DNA of 64,000 bases from Camelus dromedarius (taxonomy: Eukaryota). The notes beneath the pieces are model-generated. The model saw only the letters and a program-made list of their open reading frames with translations. It had not been told where the DNA came from and searched no databases. Of this stretch, positions 1 through 12,439 are shown in pieces. The stretch's first letter is position 1, and each line of letters begins with the position of its first letter. Both the position numbers and the translations under genes were made by a program. Location: contig NC_087472.1 of the NCBI RefSeq assembly GCF_036321535.1, positions 94,800,001-94,864,000 of the forward strand, read 5' to 3'.

Positions 1-445
1 TCCAAAGGAATTCCTACCTCATAATCTAGTCCTAATTTTAAGTAGGATTTTCCAAGTCAGATTCAATTAACATCTCCATTTTTAAGGTGAAATTGCTTCT
101 CCATGTAACCACCATGCTGATCAGATGGATCAATTGTCCTTGTTCTCGACACTCGAATTCTTTGATCTCCTTTTTCTCTCCTAGTGTACATCTCAATCAA
201 GCTTTTTCTTCTAGTTATTTGTATATTTTAATTCTTCCTGTCACACCTTTCTCTCTTGTACCAAGTTCACCTGTTCCACTAGAACCCTGGTAGGCAACTG
301 TTCCGCAATATAAAGTCGCAAGCAGCCTCATTTATAAGTGACTTTCTTTAGACTTAGTACGTCTTTGCTGAGTTGGTGTTTTATTGCACTGTGAAAAAGT
401 TCAGCCAAATTGACCGAAACAAATAAACAAACACAGACCTTTTTA

Positions 446-1766
446 AAAAAGAAGTTTTCATGAACATGGGAGCACAGTTATCTCTTCAAGATACTGATTT
501 CCTTTCCCTTGGATATATACCCAAGAGTAGGATTGCTGGGTCATATACTAGTTCTAGTTCTATTTTACATTTTTTGAGAAACAGCCACACTGTTCTCCTT
601 AAGGCTGTACCAACTTATATTTTCACCAAGTGTGTAAGGGTTTCCTTTTCTCCACATCCTTGCCAACATTTGTTATCTCTTGTCTTTTTGATAATAGCCA
701 TCCTAACAGGTGTGAAGGTTCTGATTTGCACTGTTCCACTGATTAGTGATGTTGAGCACCTTTGCATGTACCTATTAACCAACACAGGTCTTCTTTTGAA
801 AAATGTCTATTGCAGTTCTTTGCCTATTTTTTAATTGGATTATTTGATCCTCTATTATTTGTATGAGTTTTTGTATATTTTGAATTATTAACCCCTTATT
901 AGATAGACAGTTTACAAATATTTTCTCCCATTCTGTAGGCTGCCTTTTCAATTCATTGTTTCCTTGGCTTCGCAGAAGCTCTTTAGTTTGATATACTCCC
1001 ACTTGATTATTTTAGCTTTTGTTACCTGTTCTTTTGGTGTCTTATCTAAGAAATCATTGCCAAGATCAATGTCAAGGAATATTTTTCCTATGTTTTCTCC
1101 TAGAAGTTTTACAGTTTCAGATCTTGCACTTAAGTCCTTAATCCATTTTAAGTTAATTTTTGTGAGTGATCTAAGATTAGGGGTTCAGTTTCATTCTTTT
1201 GCATGTGGATATCCAGATTTCCCAATACCATGTGCTGAAGAGACTATCTTTTCCCCATTGTGTGTTCTCTGCACACCTATGTTCACTGCAGCATTATTCA
1301 TAATAGCCATGATATAGAAATGACCTAAATGTCTTTTGACTAATGTATATACACACACACATATATATAATAAAGAAACAAATAAAGGAATATTATTCAG
1401 ACATAAAAAAAAGGAAATTCTGCCATTTGTGACAATGTGGATGAACATGGAGGGCAATATGCTAAGCGAAATAGAGTAAGTTCTTATGATCTAATATACA
1501 GCAAGATGACTATAGTTAATAATAAGGTATTGTATAAGGCATTGTATACTTGAAAGTTGCTGAGAGTAGGTCTTAAGCATTCTCACCACACATACACACA
1601 CACAAAGAGAGCTAACTATGTGAGGTGATAGATATGTTAATTATCTTGATCTTGGTAATCATTCCACAATACATATGTATATCAAATCATCACACTGTAT
1701 ACTTTAATATATACATTATGCTTCTTGATTATTTGTTAATAAAGTCAGGGGAAAAAGGAGTTTTCA
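446..1766 (+). mobile_element. 5'-inverted (twin-primed) L1, L1MA9-like 3' end
   Basis: 461-~1270 is antisense L1 ORF2 3' sequence and ~1270-1751 is sense L1 3' UTR. The flanks are the 15-bp direct repeat AAAAAG(A/G)AGTTTTCA at 446-460 and 1752-1766. Confidence 0.85.
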
Positions 1767-2478
1767 GAGAGTGTGGAAAATAACCTTTTTTTTTGGAGGA
1801 GGTATATATTCTTATTTCTGATTGCTCCTTAAATGAAATATGGTCATGGCTAGATGTGGAATTGGTAACATGTTGGTTTTTCTATGACATCTGACCTTCA
1901 CACCATAGTTAAGAATAGTTTAAGACGTCACAAAGGGGTTTTAAACAATCAAACCTGAAAATCAGTGTCTCTCCTTCAAGAAACCTGGGCTAAAGGTAAC
2001 AATGTGATTCAAAATCTGAACTCAGCCCCTTAATATGCCCTTTGCTCTGAGTTACTGTAATCATACCTGAGCCTCTACCTCACATTTTACCACATTAACA
2101 TCCTAAAAATGGAACCTCAAAATACCACTCCAAAAGAGAATTTTAATTATATTCCATATCTTCCGATCATCCAAATAGGTCTTATTTTCCCAAAAAGGGT
2201 TCAAAGAAACTGAGCCACTAGTTTCAAAAATACTTACTACCCTCTTTTGATTCTTCCATTCATTTCAGATACCTCTTCCCTCCTAAAGGACTAATTGGAA
2301 ATTATATATCCTCTTTGGAATTCCCTTAGTGTCCTATTTCTTTTCCAAGGATATATGCCGCCCTCTACACTATTAAGAAGTTACATTTTATCATCATCAC
2401 ATTTTTTTCATTTTCTTTTTGCTGTAGGATTAAAAAGTATTTGAAAATAGATTTTCTTATTCGTTTACGTACCCCAGG

Positions 2479-2967
2479 TGAAACCGTGCGTTAAATTCAC
2501 TTCATCTGCCTTCAGTAATCAAGGTCATTTTAAAGACTTGCAAGTCCTCCAAGCAGCATGTGGGCTAAACAATAAAATGTTTACCGGAGTTGTCTTCTAG
2601 GAACTTGCAGCGTAGCTCAAGCCGCGAAGGTTGAGACTGCATAGGACTGCCAACTCTCCAACTGGGCTTTCCTGACTTCCGCTTGGAGACCTTTGGACCT
2701 TGCAGCGGCCCGTAGTTTAGTTACGCCTGCGCAGAACAACGATTACCGATATCGCACCTTTTTCCAATCACCACTGCCCGAGCTCCTCACGCCTCAGACC
2801 GCCCTGCTGCATTGTTACCCCGTAAATATTCCAAGCCCTTTGCTTTGGGGAGGCGGTTGTGAGATTTGTTCTCCTGTTTCCTCACTTGGCGGCCTTTGCT
2901 GCAACCGTTAGTGTCTCCGCATTTTGGATTTCTGCGCCTCAGGCAAGTAGAACCTGGTTCGGTAACA
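2479..2967 (+). mobile_element. Solo ERV1-type LTR, CpG-rich
   Basis: Starts TGAAACCG and ends TTCGGTAACA (TG...CA), about 490 bp, a GC/CpG-rich island in an AT-rich background. No clean TSD. Confidence 0.7.
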
Positions 2968-5329
2968 CAATCAACAGTGAACCAAATCTATAGTGATAGA
3001 TAAATGTTGAATTCAACTTAAACTTTCACTTTCTCAACCTCATTCGAATATTTAAGCATTTTGCGGGTGCTTAACCAATGGATCAGCTTAAAGAATGCTA
3101 TCTTTTTCTCTAGTATTATCTATAATTGGTGTAATTCTTTGATTCATCCAATAAAAATTATAGAATTAGCTCAGGTCAGCCTATTATTTCTCATCTGGAA
3201 TAAATAATTTTTGAAACAGTTCTTAGGTAAAATTCTATAAATATGTGTAAGAATGTCAAGGGAAAACATCAGTGTTTTATATAAAATAGCTTAGCTTATT
3301 TTTAAAATTAGGATATAAATTAAAATCATCCAAGGCAAATTAAATTTCTATTTTCTTGATTTGTTTGGTGTGTTGTCATAAAATTTTATATTTAAATATA
3401 TGACCAGAAAGTAGCTATGAGATGCAAAGTAATGGCCCATATAAGACAAATCACTGTCAAACTATCAATATGTCAAAACAAGTTATTGTCATTTGAGTAT
3501 TTTGGATTAACTGTTCCTCAACAAGGTATAACTACATTTTTAAGTGATGTGACAAACCAAAGATCAATGCACACCACAGCTTCTCTGCCTGTTCACAACC
3601 TGAAGTTGGTATTTTACTTCCCAAGATTTAAGTATTTGAAATAAAGGTAGAAAAACTTCTTTAAATAACATTTATCCAAAAATGTAAAACACGATTCAAA
3701 ATAATTAAGAATGTGAAATACAATGATATTAATACTGTTTATACCAAGTTTATTTATTTATTAAGAAAATGTTCTATAACTGTTTTGTGCTGGGAACATG
3801 GTAGACTTCGTCCTTGAATGTGTGAAGTCCATGGTCCAGCAGAAAAAGTAGATATCAAACAAGTAATAACAAATACAATAAATATTAAAGAGGGGGAATT
3901 TCATTCATTAATTATAGATATAAATGGGCACGAGTTACCTTTTCTGTTGTATTAAACATATGTTGAAAGGCATATATGCATTTTATAAAGCATCTAGTAT
4001 AACATCTTGTAAATAGATAATAAATGTATGTCAAATGAACAAAGAAATCAATATATAAGCATAATGTTCATGTTGAGTGCCCAAAGCCTATAATGGTATG
4101 AGAGAAATGGCATGCAAAAGGATTTTACATGACAGCTAGAATAGATGCTCTCAAATTTTATTAGAAACAAAATCAGATTTTTAAGTAAAGAGTGCAGGAC
4201 TTAGAATAGATCTAAGAAAGCTTTCCAAAGAGTGGTAGTCATTAAATATTATAATTTATTTCCAAATGAAGTTGTCAAATCCTTTTCACATGTCTTTGAA
4301 AATAAGATAGGAGTTTCATCTGTTCAGGATGCTTTAATTGTCTCTACATTATGCCAAAACATCTGCTACTTTCAGTCAATAGTAAAAACTCCATACTGTC
4401 AATTCAAAGGATAAAATCAGCTCAATCATTTTTCTGGCATCATGTAGCTCAAACAAACCTGTTGATTGACATTTTTATTTTTCTTCAAATTATTTTAGCT
4501 TAATGGAAACTCCAAACTCATATAGTATTCTGTCTAAGTGAGCTAGATTAACTGAGTAAAATTTCTAAGTGCCTTTTCAGCAATATATACGGATTAAACT
4601 GTTTTTATTCATGACATACAAGTATAAAATATGTTACCCTTATACAATTTGAATGAAGCATACTTTGAGTACCCTTGGAAATATTTAAAGTGAGAAAATG
4701 CTAATGTCCATATTTAAATTAAAATACAACTTGCTAGAACTTAAGAAGTTGTACTAAATGTTCAAAGGTGAGTGTCTTTTATATACTTCATTTGTATACT
4801 CATCATACATAGTGACATGTAGGGGAAAAAACTTTGGAAAGAATACCAGGTGTACCAGAAGGGAGGATAATGCAAAGGAAATTGCTTTTTCTAAAAAAAT
4901 TTTTGGAGAAAATAAGAACTTGGATGATGCTCAGTGAATACCTATTGGATAGATTAATTGCCTGATTTCCTTATATGGTGAGACACTGAGCTGAGGTATC
5001 TATGATAAGAAGTGGTATACTTCATCTGTCAATTCAGTGTGCCTGAAACAATACTTAATCCTAAGTTTCTGGCCCAGGGACTTTCCATTGAGAAGAGGAA
5101 AAAGAACAACAATGGTACATGGGGAAGTAAATTCCCACTTGTTTTATGCTCTGCGTGAGTTTTTACCTTATGATTTTTCTCATAAAGTGACTATTTCTAA
5201 TGAACAAAATTAATTGGCTCCTTTTATGTACTTTATATATGTATAAATAACCAATATTTACAATTTCCACAATATAATTTAATTTAATCATAATAGACCT
5301 TTATGAAAAGTCTCCTTATGAACACGTCA

Positions 5330-5450
5330 TGAGGCCAAGCACTTTACATTTCTTTCTTAGGAGTTACATCAACCAAATGGGACAGGTACTCATTTTACAG
5401 AGGAGGTAGTAAAGATAAGATGAAGTCAATGGTTAGATAGATGAGGTCAA
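5330..5450 (-). mobile_element. MIR SINE fragment
   Basis: AAGCACTTTACAT...CATTTTACAGAGGAGG resembles the antisense MIR core. Confidence 0.5.
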
Positions 5451-6145
5451 TGAGTTAGTCCTTTTTCTTATTCTTACAAAATAATATAGTATAACATTTT
5501 GATGATAGCTATTCACTTAACATTACTTTGCAGCTGCTCAAGTCGTAGTATCATTAGTAGATATGAAAGATAAGCTTCAGAACTCAATCTTATAAAAGCT
5601 TATTCATCATTCACGTTGAGTTTAATATAAGTGTTCCAAACTTGTGAGTAGCTTTTCTTTAAGTAATTTTTAGAAATCCATGCTCTTGTTGGTTTGAGGC
5701 TCTGCCATTTTGAAAAATGACTTCCAAGTAACTGTGTTTCTTTGCCTCAAGTCAGAGCAGATGAAAAAGCGTGTGTAGGATGATGAAGTTTCTTAAGAGT
5801 CAGTTCTGGAAGCTATACACTCACTTCCACTCACATTCTATTTTTAATAACTCATTCATATAGACACACCTAATTGCAAGGGAGTTTGTGAAATGTATTC
5901 TAGCTATGTGCCCAAAAAGAAGAATTGCGTTTCACAGGCAGCTATTCACTCTGCCACAACCCACTCTTCTGGTCATCAAGTATTTTATGCACAGAACACT
6001 CTCCAAAGAGAAAACCTACAGTTTCAGCCAGTCACTGTATCTAAATCCAAATCGAACATCTCTAGGAGATGCCCAGTAACTATTGTCAAATGGATGTGGT
6101 GCTTCTTCATCTGGAGATCTATGAACTAAGAGGACAATTTGTCAC

Positions 6146-6693
6146 TGTAGAAGGCAGAAAATACCACTCCCTCCCAACCAAGACTTTCACGTCCTCAGCC
6201 CCAGAACCAGTGAATATGTTAGGTTATATGTGTAAGAGAATTAAGATTGCAGATGGAATTAAGTTTTCTTCATCCTTCCTTATCTAAGATAAAGAAATTA
6301 TTGTGGATTACCTGAGTGAGCCCAATGTAGTCACAAGAGTCCTTCAAAGTGGAAGAGGGAGCCAGAAAAGAAGTCAGAGTCAGGGAAGGAGACAGAATGA
6401 TGAAAGGACATGAGAGTGATGTGATGTGAGGACTCAGCCACTACTGGCTTTGAAAATGGAGACAGGGACCATGAGCAAAGGAATGTGGACAGCCACTAGA
6501 AGCTGGAAAGACAAAGACATGGATGCTCAGCTCGAATCTCCAGAAAGAAATGCAACCCTGGGGACAATTTAATTTTGTCCCAGTGATACCTGTACTGGAC
6601 TTCTGCTCTCCAAGACTAAAATAATAAATTTATACTGCTTTAAGCCACAAAATCTATGATAATTTGTTACAGCATCAATGGAAAACTAATACA
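6146..6693 (+). mobile_element. MLT1D-like MaLR solo LTR nested in the older MaLR
   Basis: TGTAGAAGGCAGAAAAT...GAATATGTTAGGTTA...AATTTGTTACAGCATCAATGGAAAACTAATACA matches MLT1C/D termini. Confidence 0.8.
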
Positions 6694-7216
6694 ACTCTCT
6701 CCCTCCATAAATACTCAATGTACAAAGGGCGCAGTAGAACAGGATAACTGCAAAATATTCCCATTTATGAAAGGAAAAGATGAGAGAGACCGAGCAGTGC
6801 TGGCTCACAGCAAAACTCTAACCTTGAGAGGAAGGCATGGTGATCCCCTCTTCGTCCTGGTAAATAGGACAGTTCCGTGATTATAGCTGATTTTATTCTT
6901 TGATAGCAAATTCCTTGTTTTTGACTAGATAAGTCTCCTGGCTCCAACCTCTGCAAGATTTCTCCCCTGTTATTATTCTCTGCCTGAAATGGGCTTTGGG
7001 AATTATGCTTTCCTTAGAGACTGTGTAGTTTTTACAGCCTGCTTCTTGCTCATGCAAATCCAGAACTATGATAGTACTGGAAATATAATTTTAAAATATT
7101 TTTAAAAAGAGTTTATAGGCTTCTTTTCTATTTGATTTCAGGTAGTTCCTGTGTCTTTAACCACACTGAAGTTGTTTTCCAGATAGAGCTAGAATGGGAG
7201 GTATTCTTCGGTTTAT

Positions 7217-7360
7217 ACTGGTGGTGTGTTGTAGCCAGCTGGTACTGGCTTTCAAATGCCAACTGTTAAATTTTCAGGAATTTTGCGAGGCAGTTGACAT
7301 CTCGTTGGTAGCTTGAAATTGGCTATGGCAGGAGTAGTTATACCAGGGACATTGACAACT
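7217..7360. mobile_element. MER63-like hAT DNA transposon fragment
   Basis: GGTGGTGTGTTGTAGCCAGCTGGTACTGGC...TTAAATTTTCAGGAATTTTGCGAG recalls the MER63 consensus. Confidence 0.6.
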
Positions 7361-8679
7361 ACTATAAATCATGGCTTTTTGATTTATATATTTTTTGAGA
7401 CCCAAGTGTTCAAATTTTAGTAGTACAGAAATACCTAGGTCTCTTTTTCTCAACTTCAACGTAGGCTAACTGACTCCCTCTGAAGAAATCAGCTGGAATG
7501 CTGCATAACCTAATCATGGCTGCAAAGCTGAGTTATGTTATTCAGCTGAAAAGTCTTATGGGGCCTTTCATTCAATGATTTTTAAATTCTTACCTCTTGC
7601 TCTTTGGTGCTTAGAATCATTCAGCATTTCTAGCCCTAACTTTCTAGGTCTTAAATTTCTGAAATTGCTCTACTTCCTGAACATTTCTGCTTGCAAACCA
7701 ACCAGTTAGTTCCTGATCTTATCTCCTAATAATACCTTACAAGAAGCAGAAAGTAAATGTCAACCCATCGTCATCACTGTCATTCAAGTTATTGCAGGTG
7801 ATGTTTTCACCAAATGTTTTCTCACTGCACCAGAAAAATCTCACTGCGATATTGATTTAGCTGCCCAATCAGTGTTCAACAACTAGACTACTCCATAAAT
7901 TATAAGCTTTTGTTAAAATAGTACCCCACATCAAATGATCAATTTTTGTATTTGTTCAGGAACCATTACTATAATCGATGAATCTCCCAAGTTATGTGTG
8001 AGTTAAGCTCACACATAAATCCCAAACAGATGTCTGTGATTTGCAGGTGGCTCTTGTTCAAGTGGTGATTCAGGGATCTAGGCTCCTTCTCTCTCTTGCC
8101 ACTCCCCTGTCTTAAAGGTATTGCTTCCTAGGTCATTGTGTTCTTCTGCTACCAGATGACTAAAAGCAAAAGAGTGTGGAAGATTATGCATGGGGCATAT
8201 CTATGGGCCAGTCCTGAAAGTACCATACTTAATTTCTGCTTTCATGTCGTTAACGTCATTCATATGGACACAAATTACTGCAAAGGAGGCAATGTCTAGC
8301 TGTTGGCAAAAGAAGAGAAGAAACGAATTGGTGAAAAACCAGCCAATCTCTAGCACAACCACTTTTCACTATTCTACTAAATACTCTATGTGAATGATTA
8401 ATGTGTCCCCATAATTTAATTTTTATATTATTTTGCATAATTTTATAATTTTGAATTAAACCACAACAATACCACCATGTACTGTGGACTCTGGATACTA
8501 ATGGAATTTTCATTTCTGGAAATCACTGTCTTAAGGATATTCATAAAATTGAAAGTATAGAATGTGCAATATCCTGCAGCAGGTTTACAAAATAATTTCA
8601 GAGTAGCTTTCCCCATCACTGAAAGCAGTGTAGTTGCATATTTGAATCAGAGTTAGTTAGGTTGTAATCATTAGGCATG

Positions 8680-8895
8680 TGAGACATAGAATCTATCTTG
8701 TGTTTAATTGCTGATGCAGATTGAAACCTTAGTCTAGTTGCTAAGTCTCTTTGAATTACTATGGGTTCATCAGGAAAATAGGGATTAAAAGCACTAGCTA
8801 TTTTACAGGATTATTGCCAGGATTAAACAAGAAAATGTGTATAAATCACTTAGCTCAGGGCCAGATAAACAGTAGACATTGAATGAATTTTAACT
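8680..8895 (+). mobile_element. MIR SINE
   Basis: CATCAGGAAAATAGGGAT...GGATTAAA...TATAAATCACTTAGC is the MIR core and tail. Confidence 0.6.
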
Positions 8896-9344
8896 CTTGA
8901 TTACCAAGCACTCTTTCTGTTTGAATTACCAACATTGCAAATTCTCCTTACTAAGCCCTGTTATCCTTTGGATGTTGAGGCTGCTGTACTCACATTGATC
9001 ACACTCATCCAGCACTTTTAACTCTAGTAATAAAGTGAAGAGTTTAATTCACATTTTACTTCACTGCCAAACACTGGGGGTTTGAAGATATGTTTTTTAG
9101 AAACTCCATTATGTTTCTATTTCCACCATTTAGATAGCTGCTTTCTGTCTTCTACACACGGGTTTCTGATGTACAAGCAAGCAACCAAAACCAACTCGAA
9201 GCCTTCCAAAAGCATGAAGAGTGATCACAACTTGGAAGAAGAAAGAAAATGGCATGCCTACCTCCATGAAGATGAATTTGCTACCATGATTCAGGTAATA
9301 GTAAAATGAAGTTCCAGCAATGGCTGTTTGAAGCCTGACAGGAC

Positions 9345-9530
9345 AATTATTAACATTTCTAGAGGCTTACTCCATGCCAGTCATATAGGTAAGGAGCATG
9401 TAAAGTGCTGACATATGTTATCTCATTCCACACCCTAGGAATCCAGTACTATTATTATCCCCATTTTACAAATGATCAAACCATGGCATGATAAAGATAA
9501 CATAATTGTGCAAGATATAAAAGGGCTAAA
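9345..9530 (-). mobile_element. MIR SINE
   Basis: ACTATTATTATCCCCATTTTACAAATGA is the antisense MIR core. Confidence 0.65.
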
Positions 9531-10034
9531 ATAAAAATCAAAGAGAGTCCTCAGTTTTCCCTTTGTCTTCTACGTTTACCCCCTTTTCTTTCTTTTTTAC
9601 TATCTATCCTTGAAATTTGATTAGCCAATAAACCACAAGCATAAGACTTGCAAAAATAGTTCTTGAACAATACTGTTCTAATGGTTATCAGAACGTGGAA
9701 AAAGGAGGATTAAAAAAAAGGAACAATCCTGAACCACAGAGTTTGGTTAAAGCAAAATACTGCTGCCTAAGCCAAAACATCAAGGATACGTACTCACCTT
9801 CCCGCATCCTGTAAAATCCTGGTCCTGCTTCAAGTCAGGAGTTACCTGGTCTGTTGGTGCTGCCTTATGTGCATCAGTTGAGTAAAGAGAGCCTCAGCCT
9901 CTATTTAAGTCACTTGAATTGTTTTCCTTTGACAAAGAGCAGTGATAGTAAGTGGCATGCCAAGGTTCACATGAGCTCAATCAGGCTAAAGCTTTGATTC
10001 TCTTATGCACTTGATGTCTCTTTTTCTTTTTTAA

Positions 10035-12397
10035 AAAAAATATTTTTAATAGAAATTTTCATGCATAAGTAAAAGTGGAGAGAATCCTACAATGAAGGAA
10101 ATCCCCTGTACCCATAGCTCAATTTCAATAGCTATGAACTTGACATCGTTGTTTCATGTATTCTTTACCACCATATACATTGTTTTATTTTGCTGAAGTA
10201 GTTTAAAGAAAATCCCAGTCGTCATGTCATTTCAACTCACAAAACTTTCCTTAGGCATCGCTAACTGATAAGAGCATTTTTAACATAACCAAAATGCTAT
10301 TAGCACATATTAATATTAACATTAACTAATATCATGTAACATTCAGTCTGTATCTCACCAATGGTGTCACATTTCCCCAAAGGTCTCAAAGTTGTCTTTT
10401 TATGACTGAGTTGTTCAGATCAACATCCAGAAATGCTCATATGTTGCATTTGGTTGTTTGGTTTCTTAAGACTAATTTATATGGTAACAGCCTCTCTTCC
10501 TTTCTTAGGCGGTTTATTGGTAGAAGGAAACACATTGTCTCGTAGAATGTTCTACATTCTGGCTTTGGCAGGTTGCTTCTTCAGGTTGTCATTTACCTTG
10601 TTTCTCTGATCTTTTCAGTAAAATGGTAGTAGATATAGAGGCCTGATTTTATTCAAATTTCATTTTTAGGAAAAAGCAAGTCTTCACTGTAGTGCTATTT
10701 ACTTCCTACTGTATCACATCATGAAACACATGAAGTCTAGTTGTCCAATTTTATTGAATCAAATGTTGATCAGTGAGTTCATGTGGTGTCATTCTGATGC
10801 CTCCATTATAATTTTTTCCCATCAAGCTTTTACCTAAAAATCTTAGGATCCATTGATAATAGTTGTCTGCCACTAGTTTCCAAAATGTCTTTAAGAATAA
10901 TAAAATTTGCTCTGACTATACTATGCAGCTGTGAAAAGGAATGAGGAAGATCTCACTACACTGACACAGAGTGGTAATAGGGTAAATTGCTAAGTGACAA
11001 AAACAAGATTCAGAATAGTGCAGAACAGCATAAGAAGTAAAACAGGGTAGAAATTCTCTCGTGCTGTCCCCTCTCCTCCCCTTCTCTTGCTCCCACCCCT
11101 CCTGCCTTGTGTTTCTCTCTAAGACAAGAAAAGGGTATAAGAATGGAAGTTAATGTAATTTGAATATGATTTCAACAATAGAATCATGTAAATATTTTCC
11201 ATGGTTACAAATATTAAATCAGAAGAGAAAAGTCCTAAAAACTTAAGACAAATTAAATAAATGTACCTAATTGTATATAGGTGATGGGATAACCACAGGG
11301 AGAAACAAATTAAGTGATTTGAAAACACAATATTTTGACATATATTCTTAGTGAGATATGTTCAAATGACAAACAAAAGAAAACTTAAGAACTTTTAAAC
11401 TTCATTTGGTATTCTTGCTGTTATCAAAAGTTATTGACATTATCATTTTGAAAGTATTATGTTGCAGAAGGAAACAAACATGTAATTATGGTAATATCAT
11501 TAGGAGCCAAAATTTTCAGCTTAAGAGTAAAGAGATGCAAATATAAAATAAAAGAGCTTAAGTAAGGGGACTAGAACTTAAAATTTGAATCAAAAAATTA
11601 GTGAATTCAGGATTTGTTTCTCTTTAAAAAAGATATTTCCTAAATTTGTCCATTGATAAAGCCTCAGAGAAATGACAAACTAATAGCAGTGATTACTACT
11701 GGGGCCCAAATGGTGAGCTCCAAAAGCCATTTTCCAATAAACCAAATCAGGGATTCTTAAAGGAATTCTTGATTACAGGTACAGAGCAAGAAATATTCAA
11801 GATGATTATGAGACATGTTGTCTGATATGTGTATCACCTCCTGTTTAGCCACTAGCCCTTTAGCTTTGTCAATGGAGTTTCTTGTTTGTTTTGTTTTATA
11901 TGAACAGAAGGTCTTAATTCTTTTTTACATTTATTTATTTAGTTGTTTTATTCTTAATTTTATTGAAGTGTAGTCAATTTACAATGTTTCAGGTGCACAG
12001 CAAAGTGATTCATTTATACATAAATGTAAATACATATATATTTTCAGATTCTTTTCCATTATGGCTCATTACAAGAAATTGATAATAGTTCTCTGTGCTA
12101 TACGGTCCTTGTTGTTTATCTATTTTATTTATAGTAATGTTTATCTGTTAATCCCAAACTCCTAATCTATCCCTCCCCCTTTCCCTGCTGGTAACTACAA
12201 TTTGTTTTCTATGTCAGTGAGTCTATCCCTGGTTTACAAACAAAATCTGTATTTTCTTTTTAGATTCCACATATAAGCAAGATCATATGATTTTTGTCTT
12301 TCTCTGTTTGATTTATTTCACTTTATATGATTATCTCTATGTCTATCCATGTTGCTGCAAATATCTATTTCATTCTTTTTTATGGCTGAGTAATATT

Positions 12398-12439
<42 letters not shown>

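Larger units (their letters stand above)
5690..8357 (-). mobile_element. Ancient MaLR (MLT1J/K-like) with LTR, internal region and LTR
   Basis: Two similar degraded LTRs at ~5690-5955 and ~7950-8357 (shared ...TGCAAGGGAG/TGCAAAGGAG...TCTAGCT motif) flank MLT1-internal-like sequence. Boundaries are approximate. Confidence 0.5.
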
